61,975 nt of DNA from Octopus sinensis. Lineage: Eukaryota. Positions 28,274 through 41,686 of this stretch are shown one piece after another. Under the pieces are notes generated by a model, which saw only the letters and a program-made list of their open reading frames with translations, was not told the DNA's origin and did not search any database. Position 1 is the stretch's first letter, and every line of letters begins with the position of its first letter. The translations under genes were made by a program, and so were the position numbers. Location: assembly GCF_006345805.1 (NCBI RefSeq), contig NW_021832264.1, positions 1-61,975 on the forward strand, given 5' to 3'.

Positions 28274-28435
28274 ACGCGGGAGTGGCTGTGTGGTAAGTAG
28301 CTTGCTAACCAACCACATGGTTCCGGGTTCAGTCCCACTGCGTGGCACCTTGGGCAAGTGTCTTCTGCTATAGCCTCGGGCCGACCAATGCCTTGTGAGT
28401 GAATTTGGTAGACGGAAACTGAAAGAAGCCTGTCG

Positions 28436-28472
<37 letters not shown>

Positions 28473-28697
28473 GTGTGTGTGTCTGTGTTTGTCCCCCTAG
28501 CATTGCTTGACAACCGATGTTGATGTGTTTACGTCCCCGTCACTTAGCGGTTTGACAAAAAGAGACCGATAGAATAAGTACTGGGCTTACAAAGAATAAG
28601 TCCCGGGGTCGATTTGCTCGACTAAAGGCGGTGCTCCAGCATGGCCGCAGTCAAATGACTGAAACAAGTAAAAGAGTAAAAGAGTAAAAGAGTAAAG
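28274..28697 (+). mobile_element. SINE family A, full length
   Basis: Head to (AAGAGTA)n tail. Confidence 0.92.
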
Positions 28698-28796
28698 AGA
28701 GCTTACAAAAGTTAAGATTGTTCCAACTGGCTTAGACGTCGTTTATCATAGGTCGGGTCGATCGGTTTTTGACCGGATTAAAACAATAATAATTAT

Positions 28797-29031
28797 ATAC
28801 TCTCTTTACTCTTTTACTTGTTTCGGTTATTTGACTGAGGCCATGCTGGAGCACCGCCTTTAGTCGAGCAAATCGACCCCCAGGACTTATTCTTTGTAAG
28901 CCTAGTACTTATTCTATCGGTCTCTTTTACCGAACCGCAAAGTTACAGGGACGTAAACACACCAGCATCGGTTATCAAGCGATGTTGTTGGGGGGACAAA
29001 CACAGACACACAAACGTATATATACAAATGG

Positions 29032-29064
<33 letters not shown>

Positions 29065-29232
29065 CATATATTCGACGAACATCTTTCAGTTTCCGTCTAC
29101 CAAATCCACTCACAAGGCTTTGTTCGGCCCGAGGCTATAGTAGAAGACACTTGCCCAAGGTGCCACGCAGTGGGACTGAAGCCAGAACCATGTGGTTGGT
29201 AAGCAAGCTACTTACCACACAGCCACTCCTAC
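28797..29232 (-). mobile_element. SINE family A, full length, inverted partner of 28274-28697
   Basis: Tail-to-tail with a ~100 bp spacer. Confidence 0.9.
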
Positions 29233-29251
29233 ACATAATAGTATGCAATGC

Positions 29252-29298
<47 letters not shown>

Positions 29299-29300
<2 letters not shown>

Positions 29301-29503
29301 GGGAGAGTTTACGAAAAAGTCAAAACACGAAGACAGGTGGTGTACAAAACAAACAGATGTATTAGTATAACGCTCAGGAATAGAAAAAGTTTTTTTGCGT
29401 TTCGAGCCTACGCTCTTCTACAGAAAAGGACACAGAAAAAAACAAGGAGAGAAACAAGGAGAGAAAAAAAATGTGTGTAGTGGCTAATGATCTATCATGG
29501 CGA
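29299..29503 (-). mobile_element. ~205 bp element with hammerhead-like motif
   Basis: Homologous end to end with 34262-34483 and 59012-59202; antisense reads CTGTAGA-A-GAGC-GTAG-GCTC-GAAAC. Confidence 0.7.
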
Positions 29504-29782
29504 TACACACACACAACACACACACACACCATAGATATAGATATACATATGTACATATACATGCATATATACGTATATACCTATGGTTTAACAGACTTCA
29601 TACTCAACATACACATCAACATAACACACTCTCTGTCTGGAGAAGCCACCATTTTCACATCCGCCTGGCTCTGGTGTTAGAACTCAGTAGACATGTTTCA
29701 GAAAAAAAAAAACCTTAGTCTAGTATAAAGCGCCATGAAAAATCATATGAATGAGAAAGGAACAAGAAATTATGTAATGGAC

Positions 29783-29821
<39 letters not shown>

Positions 29822-30330
29822 ACACAGACACAGACACACACACACACACACAACGTACATATATGTATGCTTACTGTGCCCCTGGTGGTCAGCTATCGTA
29901 AGGGGAGACAATCTCTTCTAGATTAAGTTAAGGCGGAATTGGAAGTTTGAATTAAGAAGTAAAGTGTGTGTGTGTGCGTGTGTGTGCTTGTGTCTGTGTG
30001 TGTGCTTGTGTCTGTCTGTGTGAAACGAGAGAGGGAGAGGAGAGAAGAGAGGAAGAGAGAGGAAGAAAGGGAGGAAGAAACAGAGAGCTATAAGTGCACA
30101 TTCGCACACACATGTCCATCCACATATTGACACGTATCTACATGCATGTATACCCATATCTAAATATACACACTCATACATTTGTAAAAATCAAGACAAA
30201 AAAAAAAAAAACGTCCGTATATACATAAATATTATTGAGGAGAAAAACATTTGGAGTAGAAGGAGAAACGTTAATTTTGGCTCCCCCGAAATTTTGGACC
30301 TTGTGCCTAGAGTAGAAAAGAATATATATA

Positions 30331-33300
30331 TTGGATTTGGTTTGCAATGATTCTTTATGTGAGTTCGTGTGTTGAAGCATATTCTGTTGTGTCTGGGGAG
30401 AATCATTCTCTTTTAGTGCCTTATAATTTAACACACAGTACATAGTTGCAAAAAACACATACACTCACACACGCACTCAGACATGCACACAGAAGGAGAC
30501 AGAGGTACACATACATACACACACACACACACACACATACAAACACTCACACACATACATAAAAACACAAATACGGACATGCAAGCACATGACTATGCAG
30601 AATACATACATACAAATGTACACACATACATACATGTATACATATGTATACCGCACACATACATGCATACACACACATGCATGCATACATACATGTGTAT
30701 GCACACACACACACACACACACACTGACCCACTCATATGCACACAAACAAAAGAAAAGAACGTAGTGTGAATAACGGACAGAGTCAACAAATATCGAAAA
30801 GTTTGCAAGACGCAACGAAAATTTTAGAAAAATAAAGAAGGAAATGAGTGGAAATTTTACCGGTGAGTGTGTTAAATTATAAGGCTCCAAATGAGAATGA
30901 CTCTCCCCCAGACACAACAAAATATGTTCAACACACGAACTCACACAAAGAATCTTGTAAACCAAATCCCAAAACGAAATGAAATAAACTCTGGCCAAGC
31001 TAGCAAAACGCTGAGAAACACCATGTTGTGCTGTCTAAAAATCAAGATAGCTACCCGACAACTCCACTTCATTAAAACAAGCATCTCCTCCAAGCTATAC
31101 ACGAAACCTGTCAATTCGGCTGTCAAGCGGTTAGGACTCACAGAACGTCAAGCAAGAAAACTAAAGCACACAATGTTACAAAAGATCAAAAAGAAAATAT
31201 ACGCAGAAATCAACCAATACCAGAAACGAAAGAGAGTCTTGCTGCATGAAGTAAAAAAAAAAGAAAAACACCACTACACCACACGAAGAGACAGATTCAT
31301 GACAAACATCCAACAAGAATACCGCCGAGTAAACCATGCCTGTAACAAACACTTCAACAACAAAGTCAAGTGGATGAAACAGTAACAATAACAATTCCAA
31401 CATGGTAAGAAACAATACAAATACCCAAACAGTATCGATGGGATTGTCATGTCAGAATGTAAACTACCTGAAGACTTCGGCGCCAGGACACCGGAAAACA
31501 ATACCTCCACCGCCAACAACAGCAACAACAAATACATCTCTGGAATATATGGTGCAGCACAGCTAGATACAGATGAAATGCATGCTTTAGAGTTAGCACC
31601 AAAATTCACTGCATATAAAAAGGTAAGAAAAATTGATTGTCTGTCGGAAATTGAAAAAAAAAACGTTCTTAAAATTAAGATGGAGGTTAGGACAATACAG
31701 CAATAACAACAACAACAATAACACAAACATACGAAACCAAAACAACAACAATAACAATAGCAATGTTGATGACAACAATAATAATGGCAATAACAATAAC
31801 AATAATGACAACAGCAACATTCCTCACTCAGACAACTATAACAACAACAACAACTATAACAACAACAGAAGCATACGAAACAGAAACAGCTGTTATAATA
31901 ACAACAATAACGATGATAATAGCAACAGCAACAATGACAACAACGTCCTACACACAGACAACAATACCAACAACATCATCCACACCACTACCAACAATAC
32001 TACCCACCTCAGCACCAACACCACCCACAACAATAACAGCAACAACGATGGGCACAATACAAGCACCACTACCACCACCACCACCACCACTACCACCACC
32101 ACCAGCAATAGCAACAATAATGCCAGCAACTATAACAACAACAACCACAATGATGACACTCTACACTCTGTCATCTATAACCCTAGCAACAAATCTTATG
32201 ACATGATGAGGATCTACCCCACAGACTTACCTTTCAATAAAAGGGTATATGTCCCACCCCAAATTGATAGTGAAACAGAAGCAAAGATCTCCTTAGCTAG
32301 AAATAGACTGTGATACATCTTAGACCGGTACAACAAACCCACTAAAAAATACAGTGAGGAGAGGACCTACCAACTCAGTTCATCTGTTGTCAAAGGCCTA
32401 CAAAAACTGAAACAGCGAATTAGGAACAGGGAATTACTGTGCCCTCCTACGGACAAGTCTGGCAGACTGTCAATAGACAGCTCACAGAACTATGTCCAGA
32501 CCATGCAACAACACATTAGTAACATGAAAGAAGTGCACCACAGGAATATAAAAGAGTGGGAAAACTCCTCAATGCACACATGGGAATGTTGTGCAACATA
32601 TTCCAACTTAAGAAACAGACTGCACACAATTTCCAAGCATCCAACAATGATGTTCCTACCCTATGCGGATTACGCAAAGACCACAAACCCTACATAAGCC
32701 CTGTCATGGGGCCCCCAACCAGACCAGTTTGCGGAGCGAATATCTCCAGCAACTATAGATTGTCCTACATCCTATCACATGTGTTACGACCTCTCATAGA
32801 GATGTCTCCAGATGTCTATGTGAACACGGAAGATCTCAGTAAAATCAGTACTTGCAACCACTCCAACGACCTCACAGGTTGGTGTAGTGGGTAGTATGGA
32901 TGTGATTTCACTGTACCCATCTATAGATATAGATTTTGCTGCGGAGAAATTCATTGAGGTAATTTGTGAGAGTGAAGTAGAGTTCCGTGAGAAACTGGGT
33001 CTCCTCCTTAGACTAAGCTACGACAGTAACTATTTAGACGACCATGACCTCAGTAAATTCATCCCCTCTAGGTCACACAGGGGAAGACCACCCACCATCA
33101 CCTCAGCAGTGAAGAAAAGCTCCACAGAGCGCTAGAGTGGCTGGACCGTACCCTCCCAAGACCCTGAGAACAACAATCAGGTGAAAGAAATGATTGCACA
33201 TGCAATAGTGGCAAGTGTAAAAGCCACCTTGAAGAACCACATTGAAAAGTTTAACAAAAAAATATACATGCTAGTTCAAGATGCAGCCATTGGTGTTGGT

Positions 33301-33596
33301 GTAGCTGGCGATGTGGCCAGCCTCTTCATGACATGGTGGGACAGAAAACTTAAGCAATCCTTAGCAGAACAGTTCACAACTCTTCTACTCTACAGTAGGT
33401 ATGTAGATGACATTAATATCATAGTCAAGATCAACTCTAGTAACGGTAATGTAGAAACTGATAGGAACGCAATGGAGAGCATCCAGCAAATAGCTAACAT
33501 CTACCAGAGTATCAAGGTAACTATAGATTACCCCACTAGGCACCCCAACAATAGACTCCCCGTACTTGATACTGAGGCTGTTATGTAGATAGATGT

Positions 33597-33659
<63 letters not shown>

Positions 33660-34238
33660 CACATGTATGTAAGCATATGGATATGAAAATAAACAGATAG
33701 ACATACAGACAGATAGGTACATAGGTTATATGAACAGACAAGCACACATGCACACACGTACATAAATGAAGTCTGAAACACATGACCATAGATACACACA
33801 CACATTACTTCACACAAGAACACATATGGAGACACACGCTCACACATATGGAGATACACATCCATATATACAAACACAGTACATAGTTGCAAAAAACCCA
33901 TACACACACACACACACACATGCAAACACACACAAACACGGACACGCAAACACATGAATATGCAGAATACATACATACATGTATACATACGCACACCCAC
34001 ACATACATGCATACATACATACATACATGTGTATGCACACACACACACACACACACTGACCCACACACATGCACACAAACAAGAAAAGAACGCAGTGTGA
34101 ATAACGGACAGAGTCAACAAATATCGAAAAGGTTGAAAAACGCAACGAAAATTTTAGAAAAATAACGAAGGAAATGAGTGGAAATTGTACCAGTGAGTGT
34201 GTCAAATTATAAGGCACTAAAAGAGAATGACTCTCTCC
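30331..34238 (+). mobile_element. Penelope-like element with pseudo-LTR direct repeats and a 5' inverted segment
   Basis: Direct repeats 30433-30908 and 33874-34238; 30331-30433 is the reverse complement of 30868-30971; decayed RT lies between. Confidence 0.85.
30891..33588 (+). pseudogene. Decayed PLE polyprotein (N-terminal domain and RT; thumb and endonuclease absent)
   Basis: ALELAPKF, PTDLPFNKRV, TDKSG, TLCGLRKDHK, PTRPVCGA, SMDVISLYPSI, QDAAIG, RYVDDI, DYPTRHPNNRLPVLD; several stops and frameshifts. Confidence 0.88.
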
Positions 34239-34261
34239 TGCGTGACCCTTCTGACCGGCAT

Positions 34262-34483
34262 TCGCCATGATAGATCGCTAGCCACTACACATTCTTTATT
34301 ATCTCTCCTTGTTTCTTTCTGTGTTCCTTTCTGTGGAAGAGCGTAGGCTCGAAACGTTAAAAACTTTTTCTCCTTTTTCACTTTTTCTCCTTTTTCACTT
34401 CCCGAGCGTTATACTAATACATTTGTTTGTTGTCTACACCACCTGTCTTCGTCTTTTGTTTTTTTTTGTGAATTCGCCCCCTA
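34262..34483 (+). mobile_element. ~220 bp element with hammerhead-like motif
   Basis: CTGTGGA-A-GAGC-GTAG-GCTC-GAAAC-GTT at 34331-34358. Confidence 0.72.
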
Positions 34484-34749
34484 CACACACACACCACACA
34501 CACAATATATATTATATATATATAAATATATATATATATATAAAATATATACAATAAAAGCAATTAAGATTCAAGTCAATTCTTTTTTCTTTTTTCTTTC
34601 CTTCTCCCCTTTTTTCTTTTTTCTTTTTACTTTTTCCTTTTTCTTTTTTCTTTTTTCTTTTTCCCTTTCCTTGTCTCTTTTCTTCTCTTTCCTTTCTTTT
34701 CTTTTCTTTGCTCCACAAAAAATTCCTTCAGCCTTTAGAAGTCATAACT

Positions 34750-35357
34750 TAGCAGTCTTGTGAAAGGAACAGTAATGTGGCAAATACCTTATCATATAGC
34801 ATGAAATGATACCCACCTCATTGCGGATTAACCATGGATAAATTCATCGTCTGTGAGTATGAAATTCCTCCTCATATCTCTGGAAATTTACATCTACACC
34901 ACGGATTAATTCACCTTCTCTGTGAAGCTAATAAGTTTTTTTAAAAACCTGTGATAAGACTGTGCATCATCATTAAGGAACTTCGGAAATCTGTTTACAA
35001 CCTAAATCTGCTTTTAATGAAATTATCTCCAATACTTCATGAGTATAGCCTCACCCACTAAGATGTTTGGAGAACTCATATGTATTTTAGCTGATGAGTA
35101 CGGGACACTTTTATCTGCTGCAATTTTTGCAACTTTTAATAAAGCCTGTCTTTGTATGAAACAATTGTATTAAAAACTAATCCATTCTTGTTGCTTCTTT
35201 CTCGTATATAAATATATATATATGATATTTACCACGTGAACTACGATGAAAAGCATGAGAAAGATATGGTATATAATTTTTTTTTATGCAGAGGTTCCTT
35301 GAAACATGTAATTTATTTTAAGGGTCACGCAATGGTTAAAAAGATTGAGAAACACTG
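34750..35357 (-). mobile_element. Internally deleted hAT (Charlie-like) remnant
   Basis: Minus strand CFIQRQALLK near 35133-35165 resembles the HCFIHREAL motif; eroded LLHTEVRWLSRG-like DNA near 34900; terminus CAGTGTTTCTCAA at 35357. Confidence 0.55.
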
Positions 35358-35534
35358 CACTAGAGTAACTTAGGACTTAGGAAAGGAAAGCTTCATATTT
35401 CTTAGAACGTATGAAACAAAGGCTGCCTAAATGTCTGAAAATAAAAAAGAAAGCATGAATGCTTAGGACAAATTTATAAAAATCCTTTAAACTGGCAAAG
35501 GCTTAACCCTTTGCTTATCTTGTATTCAACATGT

Positions 35535-35890
35535 GTGGAGGCGCAATGGCCCAGTGGTTAGGGCAGCGGACTCGCGGTCATAGGATCGCGGTTTCGATTC
35601 CCAGACCGGGCGTTGTGAGTGTTTATTGAGCGAAAACACCTAAAGGGGATCCCTGCTGTACTCTTTCACCACAACTTTCTCTCACTCTTACTTCCTGTTT
35701 CTGTTGTACCTGTATTTCAAAGGGCCGGCCTTGTCACTCTCTGTGTCACGCTGAATATCCCCGAGAACTACGTTAAGAGTACACGTGTCTGTGGAGTGCT
35801 CAGCCACTTACACGTTAATTTCACGAGAAGGCTGTTCCGTTGATTCGGATCAACCGGAACCCTCGTCGTCGTAACCGACGGAGTGCTTCC
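35535..35890 (+). mobile_element. SINE family C head with tail type 2
   Basis: Head as at 6583; tail as at 7260 and 21860. Confidence 0.88.
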
Positions 35891-36149
35891 ATCCATTCAA
35901 CATGTAATACCCAGGACATACTTCCTTAATATCCCATGCATCATATATGATAAACATTCCCAGTTTATTTTCCAGTCACCTGAGTAATTTTGGACTTACC
36001 AAGGTAAAGTTTTATGCAACTCAGAACGTTTGGAAGGTCTAACTAGAATGACTGAAAACAAGCATGAACGTTTGGGACAAACTTGTGAAAATGCTTAAAA
36101 GGTTAGGTGTGGCTACGAGGAGGGTTGTTGCGAGCTTCTAAAAGGTTGA

Positions 36150-37135
36150 AAGGATTTTATTCTCTCTCTCTTTCTGTCTTTATCTCTCTCCTTACCCCCA
36201 TCTCTATCTCTATCTCTCCCTCTTTCTCTCTCTCCCCCTCTCACTTTCTCTCTCTCTCTCCATCTTTATTTTCTTCCATACCCCCATCTCTCTCTCTCTC
36301 TCTTTGTCTTTCTGCCTTTATCTCCCTCCATACCCCCATCACTCTCTCCGTCTTTATCTCCCTCCATATCACTATCATTCTCTCTATCTATCTCTCCCCC
36401 TCTCTCTCTCTCTTTCTCTATCTCTCCCTCTCTCTCACCCACTCTCTATTTTCCTCTCTCTTTCTGTCTTTATTCTCCTCCATACCTCCTCTCTCTCTAT
36501 CTCTCCCTATCTTTCTCCCTCTCTTTCCCTCTTTCTGCCTTTATCTCCCTCCATACCCCCATCTCTCTCTCCGCCTTTATCTCCCTCCATATCCATATCT
36601 TTCTCTCTATCTATCTCTCCCCCTCTCTCTCTCTTTCTCTATCTCTCCTTCTCTCTCACCCACTCTCTATTTTCCTCTCTCTTTCTGTCTTTATTCTCCT
36701 CCATACCGCCTCTCTCTCTATCTCTACTTCTTTCTCCCTCTCTCTCCCTCTTTCTCCCTTTCTGTCTCCCTCTTTCTCTCTCTTTGTCTTTCTGCCTTTA
36801 TCTCCCTCAATACCCCCATCTCTCTCTCCGTCTTTATCTCCCGCCATATCCCTATCTTTCTCTCTATCTATCTCTCCCCCTCTCTCTCTCTTTCTCTATC
36901 TCTCCTTCTCTCTCACCCACTCTCTGTTTTCCTCTCTCTTTCTGTCTTTATTCTCCTCCATACCTCCTCTCTCTCTATCTCTCCCTATCTTTCTCCCTCT
37001 CTCTCCCTCTTTCTCCCTTTCTTTCTCCTTCTTTCTCTCTCTCCCACTCTCTATTTCCCTCTCTCTCTTTCTGTCTTTATTTTCCTCCACCACCCCTCTC
37101 CCTCTCTCCCTCTCTCCCTCTCTCTCTCTCTCTCG
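36150..37135. repeat. CT-rich tract with about three higher-order units of ~220-260 bp
   Basis: CTCACCCACTCT...CTTTATTCTCCTCCATACC recurs near 36435, 36655 and 36913. Confidence 0.8.
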
Positions 37136-37606
37136 TTATGGAGTCATGAAGCGTTACAGAAAAGAGGAACAGTTACAGGATGAAAAAGTAGATGTTGAAA
37201 GTTACAGAAAAGTGTGCCTTCTAATGGACGGGTGGAAGGCAGATTGAGATCCAGTCAGTGGGTGTGCATATGAATGTTAGGAGAGTGATGGTACGGATGG
37301 TGACTTGAGTCCAGGAGATGACGGTACTTATTCTTGGTTGTGGGTACCCTCGATTGGCAGAAACAATATGGCAGAAACAGAGTATAAGCTCGAGTCACAC
37401 TAGGAGCTATTCAAAATATAGATGTGAAACGTTCTGGCACTGCCGTTTTGGCGCCACCGATTCGACGCTGACTTATTTGACATTAAATGTTTAAAAGTTT
37501 TTCTCGTTCTCTCCATCTCTTCCCCCCTCTCTGTTAATTTGAGTATATACGTGTAATGTCTCTCTCTCGCTCTCTTTGTCTATGTCTCTCTCACTGTCTG
37601 TCTGTA

Positions 37607-37651
<45 letters not shown>

Positions 37652-37676
37652 TGTCTCTCTCCCTCTCTCTCTCTCT

Positions 37677-37723
<47 letters not shown>

Positions 37724-38194
37724 TAAATATATATATATATATATATAATATAAATATATATATATATATATATATTCATATATAGACAGAGAGAGACAAA
37801 GAAAAAGACAGGAGAAAGAAGTGAGTGAAGAGAAAAAAAGAGAGGGAGAGAAAAAGAGACAAAGAAATTTAGGGAGAGTTGTGGTGTTTTATTAGAAGTA
37901 GTAGTGTTGATGGTGGCAGTGAGAGTAATAATAAGAGAGAGAGGAAGTATGGGTATGTGAGAGAAAAAGGGAGCTGATGCACAACTTTGTTTAACCGTGT
38001 CTCTTTGACAGAAATTCCTGTCGCCAACATACTGAACACTATCATTTTTGTTTTATTTTTTGCTTTCTTTAATACACACACACACACACACACACACACA
38101 CTTTAATTGAAATAAAGTTTCTCCCAAAATTAAACATATCTGATATAATAAATGTGAATGCCAGTGTGTCACGCTATTTCAGCTTTAATAAATC

Positions 38195-38400
38195 CCTTCT
38201 ACTGGAAGCACAAGGCCTCAAATTTTGGGGAAAGGGATTACATCTACTCCCAGTACGGAACTGGTGCTAATTTTATCGACCCCCGAAAGGATAAAAGGCA
38301 AAGTCGATCTCGGCGGAATTTGAACTCAGAACGTAGCGGCAGACGAAATACCCTTAAGCATTTTGCATTGTGTGCTAACGATTCTGCCAGCTCACCATCT
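38195..38400 (-). mobile_element. SINE family B
   Basis: Head, core and short tail. Confidence 0.85.
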
Positions 38401-38534
38401 TAGTATAATATCATATAATACAATATAATATAATAGATGTAAATGACAGTGTGTCAGTGTGTCACATTTTTACAACTTTACTCATAGATGTCGTAGCCCA
38501 ACATATCATACCATTTTGGAATCAGGCTGACTCC

Positions 38535-39300
38535 GTGAGTAAATTAAAAACATTCCGGGCCAAATCCGGACCCACAATCCTGAAATTTTGGATTCTCAAG
38601 TTATCATTACTGTGATTGTTTACGGCGAATATTTTACTTGACTTTTTGCCACAAATTTTTTTGCAACAATTTTTTATTATCTAAAGGCTAATACTGTGAG
38701 TAAATTAAAAACATTCCGGGCCGAATCTGGACTTGCAATCCTGAAATTTTGGATTCTCAAGTTATCATTACTGTGATTGTTTACGGCGAATATTTTACTT
38801 GACTTTTTGCCACAAATTTTTTTGCAACAATTTTTTATTATCTAAAGGCTAATACTGTGAGTAAATTAAAAACATTCCGGGCCAAATCCGGACCCACAAT
38901 CCTGAAATTTTGGATTCTCAAGTTATCATTACTGTGATTGTTTACGGCGAATATTTTACTTGACTTTTTGCCACAAATTTTTTTGCAACAATTTTTTATT
39001 ATCTAAAGGCTAATACTGTGAGTAAATTAAAAACATTCCGGGCCAAATCCGGACCCACAATCCTGAAATTTTGGATTCTCAAGTTATCATTACTGTGATT
39101 GTTTACGGCGAATATTTTACTTGACTTTTTGCCACAAATTTTTTTGCAACAATTTTTTATTATCTAAAGGCTAATACTGTGAGTAAATTAAAAACATTCC
39201 GGGCCGAATCTGGACTTGCAATCCTGAAATTTTGGACTCCTATGTTTTCATTACTGCGATTGTTTTCGGCGATTTTTTTTTTACATGATTATTTTGCGAC
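38535..39300. repeat. 161 bp tandem array (four full units and one diverged unit)
   Basis: GTGAGTAAATTAAAAAC starts at 38535, 38696, 38857, 39018 and 39179. Confidence 0.97.
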
Positions 39301-39472
39301 AAATATGATCATCATTGGGATAAAACTCTGGAGGAAGTAATTGCAACAAATTCTCCAAAACATGTCAGAGATGTGTTTGCGATCTTTCCCATTCAGGCTT
39401 TTAAGCTAGTATATATATGATATATTATAACTTATATATATATATATATATATATAATATTATATATATATA

Positions 39473-39885
39473 TACTCTTTTACTCTTTTACTTATTTCAG
39501 TCATTTGACTGCGGCCATGCTGGAGCACCACCTTTAATCGAGCAACTCGACCCCGGGACTTATTCTTTGTAAGCCCAGTACTTATTCTATCGGTCTCTTT
39601 TGCCGAACCGCTAAGTTACGGGGACATGAACACACCAGCATCGGTTGTCAAGCAATACTAGTGGGACAAACACAGACACACAAACACACACGCACATATA
39701 TATATATATATATACATATATACGACGGGCTTCTTTCAGTTTCCGTCTACCAAATCTACTCACAAGGCTTTGGTCGGCCCGAGGCTATAGTAGAAGACAC
39801 TTGCCCAAGGTGCCACGCAGTAGGACTGAACCCGGAACCATGTGGTTGGTAATCAAGCTACTTACCACACAGCCACTCCTGCGCC

Positions 39886-39890
<5 letters not shown>
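39473..39890 (-). mobile_element. SINE family A, full length
   Basis: Full homology. Confidence 0.92.
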
Positions 39891-39944
<54 letters not shown>

Positions 39945-39946
<2 letters not shown>

Positions 39947-40140
39947 CGTTGGCGATTCTTTTTATCGTCCGTCTTCCTTTTCTATTGAACTTTCCTCTGT
40001 CTCCAGCTTCTGAAGAAGATCTTTGCTCGAAACGTAAAACCACCTTTCTTTCCTTCCCTGAGCGTCTGCTAATACTTTACGTGTACCACATCCTGGCGTT
40101 GTTGTTTTTTAGTGTTTGTTCTTCGTTTTGGGGGATATCC
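39945..40140 (+). mobile_element. Related ~195 bp element with canonical hammerhead core
   Basis: CTGAAGA-AGATCTTTGCTC-GAAAC-GTA at 40010-40036; downstream CCTGAGCGTCTGCTAATAC resembles CCCGAGCGTTATACTAATAC of the 34262 copy; ends at (TA)n. Confidence 0.6.
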
Positions 40141-40159
40141 TATATATATATATGTGTGT

Positions 40160-40466
40160 GTGGAGGTGCAATGGCCCAGTGGTTAGGGCAGCGGACTCGC
40201 GGTCGTAGGATCGTGGTTTCGATTCCCAGACCGGGCGTTGTGAGTGTTTATTGAGCGAAAACACCTAAAAGCTCCACGAAGCTCCGGCAGGTGGTGGTGA
40301 TCCCTGCTGTACTCTTTCACCACTCTTTCTCCCACTCTTTCTTCTGTTGGCCTGCTCGCTTAGCCAGCGGGGTGGCGTCATTCAAAGGCTAAAACAATGC
40401 GAACGCATTGTGACCAGCGATGTGTAACAACGTCTGATGGTCTGGTCGGTCACGTGATCACGTGAT
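40160..40466 (+). mobile_element. SINE family C, tail type 1
   Basis: Near-identical to 6583-6900. Confidence 0.9.
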
Positions 40467-40481
40467 ATATATATATATATA

Positions 40482-40863
40482 TCTTTATATATAAAAGGGA
40501 AGTTGTGTGTCTGTCTCCTACGATTTAGATTCCTAACTACTGCATCTTAACCAAAACCGGGTATCTTATAGTCGTGATTCATATCGAGCCCTTCTGGGTA
40601 TTAGCGCGCGTCTACGATGAGTCTACGATTTAAAAAAAAAATTACCATAATTTTTTTCCATTTTAATGCATTTTTTTCGATTTAATATAAGGGAAGTAAC
40701 TCTCTAAAAATGTCTACGATGAGTCAACGATTTAAAAAAATTTACCATAATTTTTTTCCCATTTTTAATGCATTATTTTGCTATTTTTTGGCTATAACTC
40801 TCTAAAAATGCTTATATAGTTATTTCCCTTACAAACCCGAGCAACGCCGGGCGATACTGCTAG
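40482..40863 (+). mobile_element. Non-autonomous Helitron
   Basis: A|TC 5' end (TCTTTATATATAAAA), hairpin CCCG-AGCAACGC-CGGG at 40836-40851, CTAG|T 3' end, no TSD; internal ~100 bp tandem duplication. Confidence 0.85.
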
Positions 40864-41217
40864 TATACATATATATATATATATATATATATATTCTGCG
40901 CACGTGTTTGCCTCCATTGCGAAAACATGCTGTCACCAAAACAGGTTGAATGTCCAGTCAACCGCTCTAAATCGCCAGCGTCTAATCAGCCGCATCTGAT
41001 CGTTTCATTCCATTAGAATAAACTGAACAGGTAATCATCATTACTTTTATTCTGACCCTATAGGTAAGAAACTGTCTACAGAAATGCGGTTGAGTTCCCA
41101 GGTCGGCTGTAGTTGAGTAAATCTATTATCAAAGATTTTTCCAGCTTTGATAAAGTTTCAACTATGATCCCGTGAAAGTTTATGACGAGTTTCTATGCCT
41201 GAAACACAAAGAGCTAA

Positions 41218-41651
41218 TACATACATACATACATACATACATACATACATACATACATACATACATACATACATACACATGTATACATACATACATACAT
41301 ACGTATGTACGTACGTACATACATATATACATACATACATATATACACACACATACATACATACACACATACATACATACATACATTCATACATACATAC
41401 ACACATACATACATACATAGGTACATACACACACATACATAGATACACACATATGCATACATTCATACATCCATACATACATGCATACATACATACACAC
41501 ATATGCATACATTCATTCATACATACATACATACATACATACATACATACATGCATGCATACATACATACATACATACATACATACATACATACATACAT
41601 ACATACATGCATGCATACATACATACATACATACATACATACATACATACA

Positions 41652-41682
<31 letters not shown>
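41218..41682. repeat. (CATA)n array
   Basis: Directly visible; resumes at 42083-42190. Confidence 0.97.
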
Positions 41683-41685
<3 letters not shown>

Positions 41686-41686
41686 G

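Noticed and set aside
32311-32313. Selenocysteine recoding in the PLE, as in some Naiads
   Set aside because: Only one in-frame TGA; the other interruptions are TAA, TAG and frameshifts, consistent with decay.
29299-34483. Mini-elements as TIRs of a composite transposon around the PLE
   Set aside because: A third solo copy has the same ends, no TSD is shared, and the arms are diverged.
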